A DNA stretch of 64,000 nucleotides, from the NCBI GenBank assembly GCA_964270895.1, contig OZ185441.1; one strand, 5' to 3'. Numbering within the stretch: the first letter of the stretch is position 1; every line of letters begins with the position of its first letter. The DNA is from Podarcis filfolensis. Its lineage: Eukaryota. Below are positions 49,339 through 61,490 of this stretch, one piece after another. The translations under genes were made by a program, and so were the position numbers. The notes beneath the pieces were generated by a model. That model saw only the letters and a program-made list of their open reading frames with translations, was not told the DNA's origin and ran no database searches.

Positions 49339-51012
49339 TAAGAAAGCCTTAGAAGAGTTTAAAAGTCACAAAGCGTAGCGACTGAAGTATTTGGAATATA
49401 GGCTGAACAGACCACACTTTAATAAGTTTAAACGCTTTACTTACAAAACTTCCAAAGGTCAGATTCATTTGTTATTCCATGTAGCAGCAAAAACACAGGG
49501 GTGGGTGGGTGTGGAATGAGCTTGTGATCTGAGCTTGAAACGGTCAAGCCCAGACGTGTTGCCTGGTCAACTTCACATAGTGGAAGAGAGTGAACAAAGG
49601 AAGCTTCACTTCCTTCTTCACCAGAGATGAGGGTGCCTGACCTAGGTGAGTCTAGAAATACAATTCTGCGGTCTTAACCCCTTCATGCATTAACTAGCCC
49701 TAAGCTTACTAGTTACATTTGACTGCAATTTCCCACAGTTACGTCCTCAGCATTTCATAGGTTCTAGATGCTTATATCTTTTGGAATTGTTTTGGATTTT
49801 TAATGTTACCAGAAAATAATAATTACAAACTTAAAACAGTTTTTGCATAGCAAGGGAGGCTATGTAAGCCATTACCTTGTTGTTTTGTTTTGTTTTAATT
49901 CGTTCATTGAGGTTGGAACTCCTGACAATTATTTTAACAAAATTTGGATTGGATAGCAGCTTTGGGAGGTGTGTCTTTAAAGATTTCCCCAAGCTACTTT
50001 TCCCCAAACCTTTGTCCTCCCTCCCCTAACCCCCTGCCCTGTTGTTTTCCATTAAAGGAAAAAATAAAGGTACATATATCATACATGCAGTTTCCCCTCA
50101 TAACTGGATGAACAGCAGATAGAGAGTGCAGTAATTTATGTAGAAGAAAAGCCATGGAAGGGAAGGGTTAAAGCACTGCCTTCCCAGCACCACTTTGTAT
50201 GTGCGTGCACGTGTGTGTGCGTGCATGCATGCTTCAGAATTAAAATAAATGCCATGAGATCCAGTCATGGTGATAGAACTTCTGCATTAACTACAATAAT
50301 GACTCATTCATTGCTAAGCCTGTTACCTGAAGGCTGGGCACTTGTTAGGCAGTACACTTATGCATACAATAATACATGTGGTGGATTACATAGGTGAACA
50401 TTTCAGCTTATATCATTTGCAAAATAGGAACAGAGCAGGTTCATTAATTATACTTACCAAGGCCCCTTTAAATTCATTATCAGCCCCAATAAGAGACGCT
50501 AGTTTTTGTATTATTATTTGCATCAAGTTGCCTGGCATGACTACCGCACATTGGGAATGGAAGAGTGTGCAGAACAAGAAAAGGAACAGAAATGGGCTGA
50601 AAATGCAGTACCGCATGTGAAGTCATTCGCTTGGGACTAATAAGGTTGTCTTTGGCTATCTCCTGCAGAAGACTTGTCAGCTTGAAATTACAGGGGAAGA
50701 AAATGACCGTAAGGTCTTGATCCATCAAAAATGTCTGTGAGCTGCCAATATAATGCAGTTGCAGAACAGGCAGACAGCATAATTCTTAGGTTCTGAAAAT
50801 GAAGCATTCCTAGTACTTGCGATAGGAAATTTAAAATATTGCACAATGGCATGAATGGTTGGGCAGGGTGCACATGAAATACAGGTGTTTCATGGTATAA
50901 AAGGGGTAAGTAAAATGTGTGTATCTACAAACACATCAAGCTACCAATGAGTGAGTGGTTTTCCTATTCTGTAATCAATTTTTGTGAAGAAAACCAGGGT
51001 TGGTTTAGTTTA

Positions 51013-51129
51013 CAGTGGTACCTCGGGTTACATATGCTTCAGGTTACAGGTGCTTCAGGTTACAGACTCCATTAACCCAGAAATAGTGCTTCAGGTTAAG
51101 AGCTTTGCTTCAGGATAAGAACAGAAATC
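51013..51129. mobile_element. Truncated pogo/Tigger-like MITE (one TIR only)
   Basis: TA + CAGTGGTACCTCGGGTTAC...; similarity stops after GAACAGAAATC. Confidence 0.8.
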
Positions 51130-51325
51130 CCGAGATGGTCAAAAAGACATCAGGTTTCAAATAATTCAAGAATGCAGCTACCGGTGGGATAATTTGTACA
51201 TTCCTTCCATTGAAAAATCTTAAGCTTACACACATTGAAGCAGAAATGGTTTGAATACCTCAGACATGGAAGGGGGCAGGGATGGTAAAATAATATCATT
51301 GTACGTCTGGTAAGACGTACTTATA

Positions 51326-51551
51326 CAGTGGTACCTTGGGTTACATACGCTTCAGGTTACAGACTCCGCTAACCCAGAAATAGTACCTCGGGTTAAGAAC
51401 TTTGCTTCAGGATGAGAACAGAAATCGTACTCCAGCGGCACAGCAGCAGCAGGAGGCCCCATTAGCTAACGTGGTGCTTCAGGTTAAGAACAGTTTCAGG
51501 TTAAGTACGGACCTCCAGAACGAATTAAGTACTTAACCCGAGGTACCACTG
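51326..51551. mobile_element. Tc1/mariner (pogo/Tigger-like) MITE
   Basis: Both TIRs present; TA TSD. Confidence 0.9.
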
Positions 51552-54030
51552 TATAGATAAATTGTGCATTATTAAATGTAGGCTGAGACATTACAAGGAT
51601 CCCACCCCCCTCCCATGTTCTCAGACCAGTTGCAATGGGCTGGACTTGGAGTGCAGCTCCTGCATCTGGAGAACTGTCACCTGGACATGTGTCGGGGCCC
51701 AGCGGAGCCCCAGAGATGCTGGTGAGTCTGGTGCTGACACGGCTTCATCATCTGCCCGGCACCCACTTGCTACCATGGCTGCTTATTCAGTGATCAGCAC
51801 CTGACCCCTTTTTCTAATGATAGCCCACTGGGTGTTCTCCAGACAGTGGCTTTCAACTCCCAGGAGAGCAGCACCACCTCTGTTACCATTTGTGTGTTGT
51901 TTGGGACTACAGTTCTCTGTGTGAGGGGGAGGGTGCACTATTTTTTAATTTACTACTAGTATTTTCCTTTTGAAATTTTGCGTGTGCCCCTTAGAAATCT
52001 GCGCTGGGGGCAATGGCCCCCTGCCCTCACACATTACGCCACAACTTTGCCCTCCTCTAGAGTTTTACATTTAAATCTTTTGTCTATACAGTTTTCCTCT
52101 TTTCTCCGTATTGAATTTTATAGATACAATTGTGTGTGACCATCTTTTAGTATGAGTTCTATTATTCTCAAGTAGAAATACTAAAAAATAAATAAATAGG
52201 TTGCTACATTGTGGGTTTTTCTTTTTTTTTAAAGTTAAGTAAAAATGTTCAGCAAGTTGTTAATTGATAAAGTTTAATAATAATAATAATACATTTTTAT
52301 TTATTTATACCCCGCCCTCCCCTGGCCAAAACCGGGCTCTTTGAAGAGAGTCTGATGTAGAAACTGGTAGGAAGACCAAGGTAAGATTTACTGAATAAAA
52401 GAGCCTTTGCATCTCAGCAATTTTTTTCAGGGTACCAGCCATTAAACTATTGATCAGTCTACTCAAGATCAACACTTGAGAATAACGGCTTATCATCAGT
52501 GGTGCAGTTAGGTAATTTACCATCCACATTTAATAGTCTTATGCACTCCACTCTTAAGATGGTCATGTGCATGATTTCATTTGTGAAGCACACAATTCAC
52601 ATCCCCTCCATTCCATGCGTTAAAACTACTTCTACATTCCAGCATGTTAGAGCAAAAACATGCCAACACTTAAAAAATAATAATATTCTGAGCATATGAG
52701 GTTTAGCATTTTAAAAACTTACTTAAAACATAGTGTGTCATGACTGCAGGAATAAAATGGTGTTTTTATCTGCTACCTTAATGCTAAACATATTTACTTG
52801 GGGAAAAGCACTGTTTTGTTGCAGAAAATGACAACAGATTTTAAATGTAAAAATAATAAAATGAGCACCTGTAACCAGGCACATACCTGGCCAGTTGCCC
52901 TGACTATAACATTGTGGGGTTTTTTTTTTAAATTTTAATAAATAAGAATAAACAATGAAACAACCAATGTCAGCCTTGGTGGGCCCCAGTACTCCCTTGC
53001 CAATATAGGTGCTGACGTCTGGGAATGTTTGCAGCTTCTATGATCGACTGCTGACCTCTGGATGCTTGTTTTTGGGATGGGCCTGGACTGTGGGGCTCTG
53101 AACTTTAGCTCTGAGGTTGTCGGAGCTGCACCGCTGCTTATCATTAGCTAATCAGAACATGTCGGAACAATGAACTGCCCAAAAATTCGGAAAATCTTTA
53201 ATCCTTGAAGCTTTGGAAACTCTGGTCAGTTCCAACCAACCTGTTTAATAAGCATTTAGTCTGATTTGTGGGGTGATTAGACAATGTTGCACCCAGCAGG
53301 TGTTATTCTATACTTTCCAGCACAGTTTTCCATCACTTATGGAAAGCCGTATTGTTTTACAAGAGCTCAAAATCAGCTTTAACTGAGCAGCCTGACTTTA
53401 CTGGGATGTGACAGAATCCCACCCGAAAATTGTGAGTCTAGAAGTGCCCCCCTAAGCATGAAAAGTCCTTAGATATCCTGATCGTCTAAATTAATTAGCA
53501 TGCGTGCAACATTTGCTATCAAAGCAAGCGGCAGAGGATCACAGCCTAAGTCATTATTTGACCACTGCTGAACTGCAGGTTGATGTATCTCCCATAGTAG
53601 GAAAAAAGCTAAGCTCACATGGACATTTCCAGCACTTGGACTTTCAAAAGAAACACAGCACCGACTTGCTGAGGTGGCATCTCTAGGCAAAAGAAGAAGA
53701 AGTAATAATTCCCAGCACAACATATGTTGTTTCACTTACTGGCACATTTATCTTGATTGTTATATCTGTACTTGTGGATTGGTCTAATGATTTAATTCCT
53801 ATCTTAAAACATAATTTCAGAAGCAGCATTGGTAGAAGACAGAAGCTGTTGATTGGAAGTAAAGAAATGGGATGCAGAGCGCTGAATCCCATGTTTATGA
53901 TAATATGGACTGAACAATCACCATGAAGGGATACAATTCTGGGGATTGAGTCCTTTGTTTTAACATGTGTTTTTAAAAATTGCAAGATTCATCATATATA
54001 CTAGTTTTAGAAACCTTTTATCAATCAGTT

Positions 54031-54172
54031 CATAGAAGCATAGAATTATGGAGTTTGAAGGGATGCTGAGAGACATCTAGTCCAACCCCACAGCCTGCCT
54101 ACAGCCATCCTTGGATGGGTTTGAAGCACCAACCTTCTGGTTAATAGCCAGATGCACTGACCCATTGCACTG
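54031..54172 (-). mobile_element. tRNA-Asn(GTT)-headed SINE-like element with CR1 tail
   Basis: Minus strand GTGCAATGGGTCAGTGCATCTGGCTATTAACCAGAAGGTTGGTGCTTCAAACCCATCCAAGG resembles tRNA-Asn-GTT, followed by GGGGTTGGACTAGATG...TTCTATGCTTCTATG. Confidence 0.65.
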
Positions 54173-54661
54173 CATATCTAGCAAGTCCTTCCGTGCTCCC
54201 CTTTACTACTGATGGGTTTGCCACCCTGGGCTCCTTCGGGGGAAGAGTGGGATATAAATTGAGGGTTGCAGCCACTGCTTGGAATACTCAAGAGTAGATC
54301 CACTGAAATTAATGAACAATACAAACTTGGGGCCATTAATTTCAATGGGTAAAACTTAGTTGGAGACAACCTTAAATGCAAGAATGAAGTATGGGTAGGA
54401 AAGTATAACCCATGGAGACATGAATGGGTCATTATATGATATGTATTTGTGTCTGGCCTGTGTGTGTGCAGCTTGGTCAGACCTGCTGTCACTCTCTATA
54501 GATCACTCTGTATGTGATCTGAGGCCTCTCTGTCATTGGCTGTTCTCCCTTCCCCAGCGGTAGTGTCAGGGCAGGACTTTGAGGCAGACGTCCAGGGTCC
54601 TGCTCAGCAGAATGAGCAGGAGGGTCTCCCAATGGAGAGGAACTTTGAAGGAAGTGATGTA

Positions 54662-54887
54662 CCGTGGTACCTCGAGTTACAGACTCTTTAGGTTACAGAC
54701 TCCGCTAATCCAGAAATAGTACCTCGGGTTAAGAACTTTGCTTCAGGATGAGAACAGAAATAATGCCGCGGCGGTGTGGCAGCAGCGGGAGGCTGCATTA
54801 GCTAAAGTGGTACCTCAGGTTAAGAACAGTTTCAGGTTGAGCACAGACCTCCAGAACGAATTACGTTCTTAACCCGAGGTACCACTG
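54662..54887. mobile_element. Tc1/mariner (pogo/Tigger-like) MITE
   Basis: TIR CCGTGGTACCTC / GAGGTACCACTG; slightly diverged. Confidence 0.85.
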
Positions 54888-55147
54888 TCATGTAAACATT
54901 GCCATAAGCTCATTAAGCCCAATGTAACCCTAAGAACAACTAAAGAACGCAAGAGTCTGCTGGAACCGGAAAATGGCCCATCTTGCTCTCACAGGGGCCC
55001 ACAAGACGCCTATGGTACCCACACTATTACCTAACTTCAGTACTGTTTTCTAACTAGCTTGAATATTTACAGCTAGCTTGAATATTACTAGCCAACGCTA
55101 TGGTAGGAAGAATGGCTGGGGAAACCCAGCCAGATGTAGAGGGTATA

Positions 55148-55149
55148 AC

Positions 55150-55190
<41 letters not shown>
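55148..55190. repeat. (TAT)n microsatellite, tail of a short L2-type fragment
   Basis: Preceded by GGCTGGGGAAACCCAGCCAGATG, as in the other L2 tails. Confidence 0.8.
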
Positions 55191-55193
<3 letters not shown>

Positions 55194-55328
55194 CTGTGAG
55201 CTACAAGCATTCATCTGTGTGGAGGCTTAGTGGCTGAAGAAATTGTCAGGATATATCTGCTGTGGCCTGGCCTAGCTTGGCTGTGCATGGAACTGCTTGA
55301 CTTATTACACTTTGAGAAGCTAGCAAAA

Positions 55329-57382
55329 TCATCATCATCATCATCATCATCAACCTTTTATTCGACCGTCAGTCAGAAAAAAGTACATTTGTCAATACAC
55401 AGTTAAAACATCCAGGAAGATTTTAGAACTTAGCCAACACTAAAATGGGCTAAACAGATAGCCCCATATCAATACAGTCAATTATAGTCTTGCGACGCTT
55501 AAAAGCTAAAGAAAGAAATTTGGCCACCAAGGAAGGTATAGCTCTAGTGACATTATTCAGCAAGTGTAAAACCTGGTTTTCTCTGGGTAGGAAGCTAAAT
55601 TGACATAGGTGTGGGTCTATAAAATTTTGTCTAAGCTCTGCATAAGAAGGGCAAGTCAAGAGAATGTGTTCGGTGGACTCAACCACACCCATGGCACAAT
55701 GACAGGTTCTCTGGGCGTATGGTACTCCCCTGTACCTTCCCCACAATATCGCAGAGTCAAGGACATTTAATCTAGCCGCTGTAAGAAGTCTGCAGTATTC
55801 AACATAGTGGATTTCTGCAAGGTAGGGGGCTGGTATGGTCCGATAAATCTGGTCCCCTAGGAACATCCCTGGTTTTACCAGGGCTATGTCCTCTTGTCTG
55901 GCAATGTCACTCAGTCTCCGGGAGATCACAGCTCTAGCTTGATTGTACGTCATAGACTCAAAGTAAAGGTGAGACAATCCGCAGGATTGAACCTCGTTAA
56001 TGACCTCCCTTTCCCACGATGATTGGAAATCGTCCCTCAATATCAAGGGGGCAATACCCACTGGTTTCAAACAAAGCTTGAGCCATAGCCAGAGCTTCGT
56101 CTTCAAAAGGCCACATACCGTAGAGCTTGCCAGCCGACCTCTAATCTCATAACCGCACCCGCTACCGAGGGGGGAATCCTAAGGATGGCTCTAAGGAATC
56201 GCGTTTGGATAGAATCCAGTTTCAAAAAATCCCTACGGGAGCCTAAAGAGATGCCCACCAAAAGAAGGGGCAGGACTTTCATTTGAAAGAGTCTCAAAGC
56301 TATCTTCACTGATTGAGCCTGATTCTTAGCATATAGAGATCTAATCTGGATGGCTGCTTTAGATGCATTAGTTGTTATATAGTCTCTATGGGCCAGAAAA
56401 GACCTATTTGACCGTATTACTTGTCCCAGATATTTAAAGCAGTTAACCTGCTCTAGGGGGATCCCGTTCATCGACCATCAATGGAGTCTCGGTCGGGCAG
56501 AGAAGACCATGATCTTGGTCTTAGCATAGTTGGGTTGGAGCTCATGCTGATCACAGTATTCATGTAGAGCTTGCAACATTCTCCTCAGTCCAATAGGGGA
56601 TCTGGCAAGAAGTGCGGCGTCATCCGCATACAGAAGAACATTCAGAGATCGGCCTGCTTATTTGGGGGGGTGTGTGGAAAGCATCATTGGCCATGTGAGT
56701 CACCAGTGAGTTTTTTTTTTAGCCCCTATTCCACCTCCCAGCTCCAAAAATCCATTTAATATACAGTCCTCAAATAGAGAACATATCAGATATTAAACTG
56801 ATAAGAACAGATACTACACTTGATCTTAGCCAAAAGGCCGAGAAGCGATAGAGTCACCAGTGAGTTAATGTAAAAGCTAAACAATGCTGGGGCCAATAGA
56901 CAACCCTGTCTTACCCCTCTAGTGGTGGTAACAGGGTTGGAGACTAGGCCTTTATTGTCTAGCCTGATTCTCAGAAAGGTGTTTGTATGGAGGCTGATAA
57001 TCAGATGAAGGAGACGACGATTGATCTTTGTAGCAGCCAGTTTTGTCCATAGCTGCTTTCTAGAGATTCGATCAAATGCCTGCTTAAGGTCAATAAAAGC
57101 CACATGAAGAACCTTTGGGGCTTTGCCGGCATACTTTTCCGCCAGGTGATTCAAGATTAATATTTGGTCTGTGGTAGATCTTCCAGGGCGAAAACCCGCC
57201 TGTTCATCGGCAATGATATTGTCGTCCTCCATCCATTTCGATAGTTTGTTTAGCAGGTACCCCGAGTAAATCTTCCCAATGACATTAGCAAGCTGATTGG
57301 CCTAAAGTTGCTCGGCTCTGTACGTGGGCCTTTCTTATGTATTAATACAATCAACGCAGAGCTCCAGCTTGAGGGAAATTTT
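55329..57382 (-). mobile_element. 5'-truncated, decayed RTE-X-like LINE (RT plus C-terminal CCHC region)
   Basis: Minus-strand peptides FPSSWSSALIVLIHKKG...NFRPISL, EQAGFRPGRSTTDQI, AFIDLKQAFD, GVRQGCLLAPALF, LLYADD, FKYLG, GRYRGVPYAQRTCHC...ESTEHILLTCPSY; AATAAA then (GAT)n tail; 11-bp TSD AGCTAGCAAAA at 55318-55328 and 57383-57393; frameshifts and stops. Clade label tentative. Confidence 0.85.
56721..56849 (-). pseudogene. RNU2: U2 snRNA retrocopy (nt 1-129, 3'-truncated, poly-A tailed)
   Basis: Minus strand ATCGCTTCTCGGCCTTTTGGCTAAGATCAAGTGTAGTATCTGTTCTTATCAGTTTAATATCTGATA..., with branch-point recognition sequence GTAGTA and Sm site ATTTTTGG; A8-10 tail at 56711-56720; TSD GAGTCACCAGTGAG(TT) at 56697-56710 and 56851-56864. 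Confidence 0.96.
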
Positions 57383-57921
57383 AGCTAGCAAAAGAGCTTT
57401 GATTTCCTTTCATCCTGCTCCAAGTCAGGAAAGATGCTGGAGATGCAAGGCTGAAGAGCTAACATGCACTTGTTGCAGACAGGCACTGAGGGTTTTTATA
57501 GACAACTTGATTCCCCCTCCTCTTGAACCGAGCCAATGAACAGGAGGCCTTTGGCTTTTCAATGAACATTGCATTGCTGATCTTGAGCTTTGAGCTGGGA
57601 CATTGATCACCACTGCTCCTTTGATCTTCTGAGGCTTGGGGTGGGTGTGCTGAATAGGGCAGTGGATCCCAGGTATTGGAACCCCCTTGAGGAAGTGGTG
57701 TCCAGATGTGCCTCATAAGGGTCAACCACAGCTTCTGGCTCCCTCTTCTCTTCAGAGAATGTCTCATCAAGACCGAGGTCTGGGGTCTAACAACCCTGAA
57801 GACAGAGCAAACTGTTTGGCTGATCTTGGGGAAGTTCGCATAGAATAAGAATGGGAGGGGAGCATACATGCCACCAGCTGAGTTTTCTAATGTTCTTTCC
57901 ACTTTATTAGAGGATCATATA

Positions 57922-58163
57922 CAGTGGTACCTCAGGTTACATACGCTTTACGTTACATACGCTTCAGGTTACAGACTCCGCTAACCCAGAAATAGTGCTT
58001 CAGGTTAAGAACTTTGCTTCAGGATGAGAACAGAAATTGTGCTCTGGCGGTGCACCAGCAGCAGGAGGCCCCATTAGCTAAAGTGGTGCTTCAGGTTAAG
58101 AACAGTTTCAGGTTAAGAACAGACCTCCAGAGCGAACTAAGTACTTAACCTGAGGTGCCCTTG
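57922..58163. mobile_element. Tc1/mariner (pogo/Tigger-like) MITE
   Basis: Left TIR CAGTGGTACCTC; degenerate right TIR GAGGTGCCCTTG; TA flanks. Confidence 0.85.
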
Positions 58164-58306
58164 TATTGCTTTATCATTGGTTCCCAGGGCAGTTTACAAG
58201 GGATTGAAATTACGGCAAAAACAAATTTAGAACAATACCATTAAAACAATAGTTTTGGGGGGGAGCAGTTAGAAGGGCGGGAGAAATATGAAGCAGAATG
58301 GAAGCA

Positions 58307-58629
58307 CCGTATTTTTCGTTCTATAAGACGCACTTCCCCCCTCCTAAAAAGTAAGGGGAAATGTTTGTGCGTCTTATGGAGCGAATGCAGGCTGCACAGC
58401 TATCCCTGAAGCCAGGAGAGCGAGAGGGATTGGTGCGCACTGATCCCTCTCGCTCTCCTGGCTTCAGGGATAGCCACGCAAAGCCTACTGAGTGCAGCGG
58501 CCCTTCCATTTCTCCTCCTGCTTTGCTAGAGAGGCGCTGCGCAGAGAGGGAGAGAATTTTGTTGTTTCTTGTTCTCTAAAACTAGGTGCGTCTTATGATC
58601 GGGTGCGTCTTATAGAGCGAAAAATATGG
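58307..58629. mobile_element. Tc1/mariner (Tc2-like) MITE with internal perfect hairpin
   Basis: TIRs CCGTATTTTTCGTTCTATAAGACGCAC / GTGCGTCTTATAGAGCGAAAAATATGG + TA; internal 32-bp inverted repeat at 58399-58474. Confidence 0.85.
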
Positions 58630-59153
58630 TAACTGGCAGAGGTAAAAGAGGTGTGATTAAGAAGCCTGGTTAAAATAATATAGATCTTCACCTTGTGCCA
58701 AAATGACATTGATGCAAGTGCTGGGTGAGACACCACCATCAAGAAGGCTGCACCTCCAATGGCAGGAACACACTAAGGAAGGCCTCTGTTGAAGGCACAT
58801 ATGTGGAAAAGCAATCCTTCTGGCACCTCAGGCTGACGGCATCTGAGAGTGTACAGAGTTCCTGTTCTTCCACAGCAGGTAAGTCTCTCATCCCCTTTGA
58901 TCTAACATCAAAGTGCCTAAGCATAATGTATTTCCAAGGAATGCTTCCCTTGTCTGTCCTAGCTTGACTGCCTAGGGTGGCAGCAGCCTGTGGTTATAAA
59001 TGAAAGGCTTTACTCGACTGAAGGGCTTTGGGTTCTGCTTTGAGCAGAACATTTCACCTACCTGGTGGAACTGGAAGACCAAGTCCAAAACACATTCTCA
59101 CTAAAAACGTGCTGCAAAATTGTATTTATTATATGTCCTCCTTGTAAAAAAAA

Positions 59154-59446
59154 AGGTAAAGGACCCCTGGATTGCGAAGTCCAGTCAAAGGTGACTATGG
59201 GGTGTGGCGCTCATCTCGCTTTCAGGCCATCAGCTTTCTGGGTCATGTGGCCAGTATGACTAAACCACTTCTGGTGCAACTGTGATGGAAACCAGAGTGC
59301 ACGGAAACGCCGTTTACCTTCCCACTGCAGCGGTACTTATTTATCTACTTGCAGTGGTGTGCTTTCAAACTGCTAGGTTGGCAGAAGCTGGGACAGAGCA
59401 ACAGGAGCTCACCCTGTCGTGCAGATTCCAACTGCCAAACTTCTGG
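59154..59446 (-). mobile_element. Older, 5'-truncated Sauria SINE
   Basis: Diverged match to the other Sauria SINEs (GGTACTTATTTATCTACTTGCA, TTTCAAACTGCTAGGTTGGCAG); head missing. Confidence 0.8.
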
Positions 59447-60168
59447 TCCTCCTTGTATCCCAGGTCTATTCAGGTGGATGGCCACAAGGGACAGTTCTAA
59501 CTCTATGGTGGTCCCATGGCTATAGAATTTTCTTATATTTTTCAATTGGCCTTCAAGGCATGGTGTTAATTAGCTGAGTGATAGTATGGTTGAACTATGC
59601 TTTCCCACTCAGGGAATGGGATATTGCTGGGTTGTAGTTTTAAGTTTTAGAAATTTGTATTGTTGTTCTTTTAACTTACTATTGTTTTTAGTTGTGAACT
59701 GCTTTGGATGGTCAGATGCCCAGAAAAGCAGCATAAACTATTTTAACAATGTTTTAAAGAAATAAAAGAATTAAAGGTGGCAAAATGTGTTATTTTTTCA
59801 CATCCAGAAAATTGCAACTTCTATACTTTGAAGATGGGTGCTCCTCATTCCCCAAAATGGCTCACTTGGAATCTTTTCTGTGTCTGCAGCCTCCAATCCT
59901 GGCAAGTGGCCAAGAGGACAAAATCTTAGCTGACTGGAAACCTTAAGATCTTGATGTGCAAGGATAATTTTTAATCTTGTAGAAATATATCTCCTTGGGC
60001 CTCCTGAAGCTCACAAGGGAAAAATATACATGTAGCATTATCTAATTGTAGCTGAATGTGAGCTACATGATGGGAGGGTCTGGGCTGAAGTGAAAGAAAG
60101 TGATAAATGAATTTCTGTGGTTGAGAGATATTAGATTGGGATGGCAAGACACGGGAACGAAAAATGAC

Positions 60169-60169
<1 letters not shown>

Positions 60170-60216
<47 letters not shown>

Positions 60217-60250
60217 TTATTATTTGTACCCCGCCCATCTGGCTGGGTTT
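60170..60250 (-). repeat. (ATT)n microsatellite plus short L2-type tail
   Basis: Long ATT run, then TTTGTACCCCGCCCATCTGGCTGGGTTTC. Confidence 0.75.
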
Positions 60251-61209
60251 CAGTCTTCTGTTGCTATTTTACAGCCCTTCTGGGTCCCATCTAAAGTACA
60301 CATCTTCATCTGATAGTAAAAGACAACTTTTTTCACCATGATTTGAACACTATGATGCCCCTTTTAAAAATGTCCCAGCAAGTCACAGGAAAGTATTTTT
60401 GCATTGTTTCCAACGTTATGTGTAGGACTACTAGATCAACACATGTAACCTTCAGTTCTATGAAGCTTGAAACAACAAATAGCAATGAACTTCTTTTAAT
60501 TTGTGATACAGTTTTATTCCTATATGCTGTTTTTCCTAAAATTAAGGAGAGCTGTGTTAGAAAATGTCCTTTTGAATGGGATATACCATAATTTCTTTAA
60601 AATAAATAAATGGTTGACTGGTTAAATAGGAATCACCCCTAGGTCAACAGACAGAGAAGTATTTGCAAAAGGTTCACTTCATTTTTTTTAAAACCTACTT
60701 TTAAACCTGTGTGTGGACAGGCGGTCTAGTAAAAGGACTGTAAATGGATTGGACTTATTTTAAAGTCGAGATAAAGCCTGTTTCTACAGCCACCATGTAG
60801 TCATTAAATTAAGGAAAAAAATTTGGGGGGTGATATTGAACTAAATTCTTTGGCTAGATTACTGCAATGGGATTCTCTTCTTCTCCCCCTCCCCACGTCT
60901 CATACAAGACATGCTAGATACAAGGGCAGCCCCACAGTAGTGAACAGTAGTAAAATATTGAGGTTACCAATACATGGACCACTGTAGTCAGACTACCTTG
61001 GTCCAGGAATGGTCACAGCTGGAATATCAGGCAAAGATGATAGAAGGCACACCTAGTTACAGAGGTCACTTGGGGCATTTGTGATAAAGATGGACCACTA
61101 CCCTCAAACTCCTTCAGATTAAGTGCAAACCTAACCAAAACAGGTAATTGGGCTAACTCTTGTGCATGGGAACCTCTCACCTCCAAAGCCTCTGTCTTTG
61201 TAGGACACA

Positions 61210-61490
61210 GCTCAGTTTATTCTCGTCCCATCCACCACTGCACCCGGGGCTTGCACAGCCTCATCTGACTCAGATGCAATGGAGAAACAGAGATGGGCAT
61301 CATCAGTGCACTGATGACACCTTGCTCCAGAACGCCTAATGACCACTCCCTGCAACTTCATGTAGATAAAACAGTGAACTGTAAACATCAGGGGGCTTAA
61401 GGGAACTATCCCAAATGCATGTCTCCGGACATGACCCTGCAGATAGGAAGACAACCACCATAACATAGTGCCACTGATGCCCATCTCACA
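61210..61490 (-). mobile_element. Degraded L2-clade RT fragment
   Basis: MGISGTMLWWLSSYLQG...SPLMF...YMKLQGVVIRRSG...CTDDAHLCFS resembles the L2 RT (GTVLxWFxSYL...YADDTQLY). Confidence 0.65.

Noticed and set aside
56721-56849. Functional U2 snRNA gene
   Set aside because: Truncated at nt 129, poly-A tailed, TSD-flanked and embedded in LINE coding sequence where upstream snRNA promoter elements would be needed.
56786-57232. 148-aa ORF as an intact gene
   Set aside because: It is a LINE RT fragment reading into the U2 insert (…SLVT-LSLLGLLAKIKCSICSYQFNI); the fusion is incidental.
55329-57382. U2-targeting retrotransposon (Utopia/Keno type) or U2-LINE template-switch chimera
   Set aside because: The geometry is reversed: U2 is inside the LINE, has its own TSD and poly-A tail, and the LINE frame rejoins across it.
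16087-58163. CRISPR-like or tandem array suggested by recurring TTCAGGTTAAGAAC units
   Set aside because: The units are internal to dispersed TA-flanked MITEs with TIRs; there are no unique spacers and no cas genes, and the DNA is eukaryotic.
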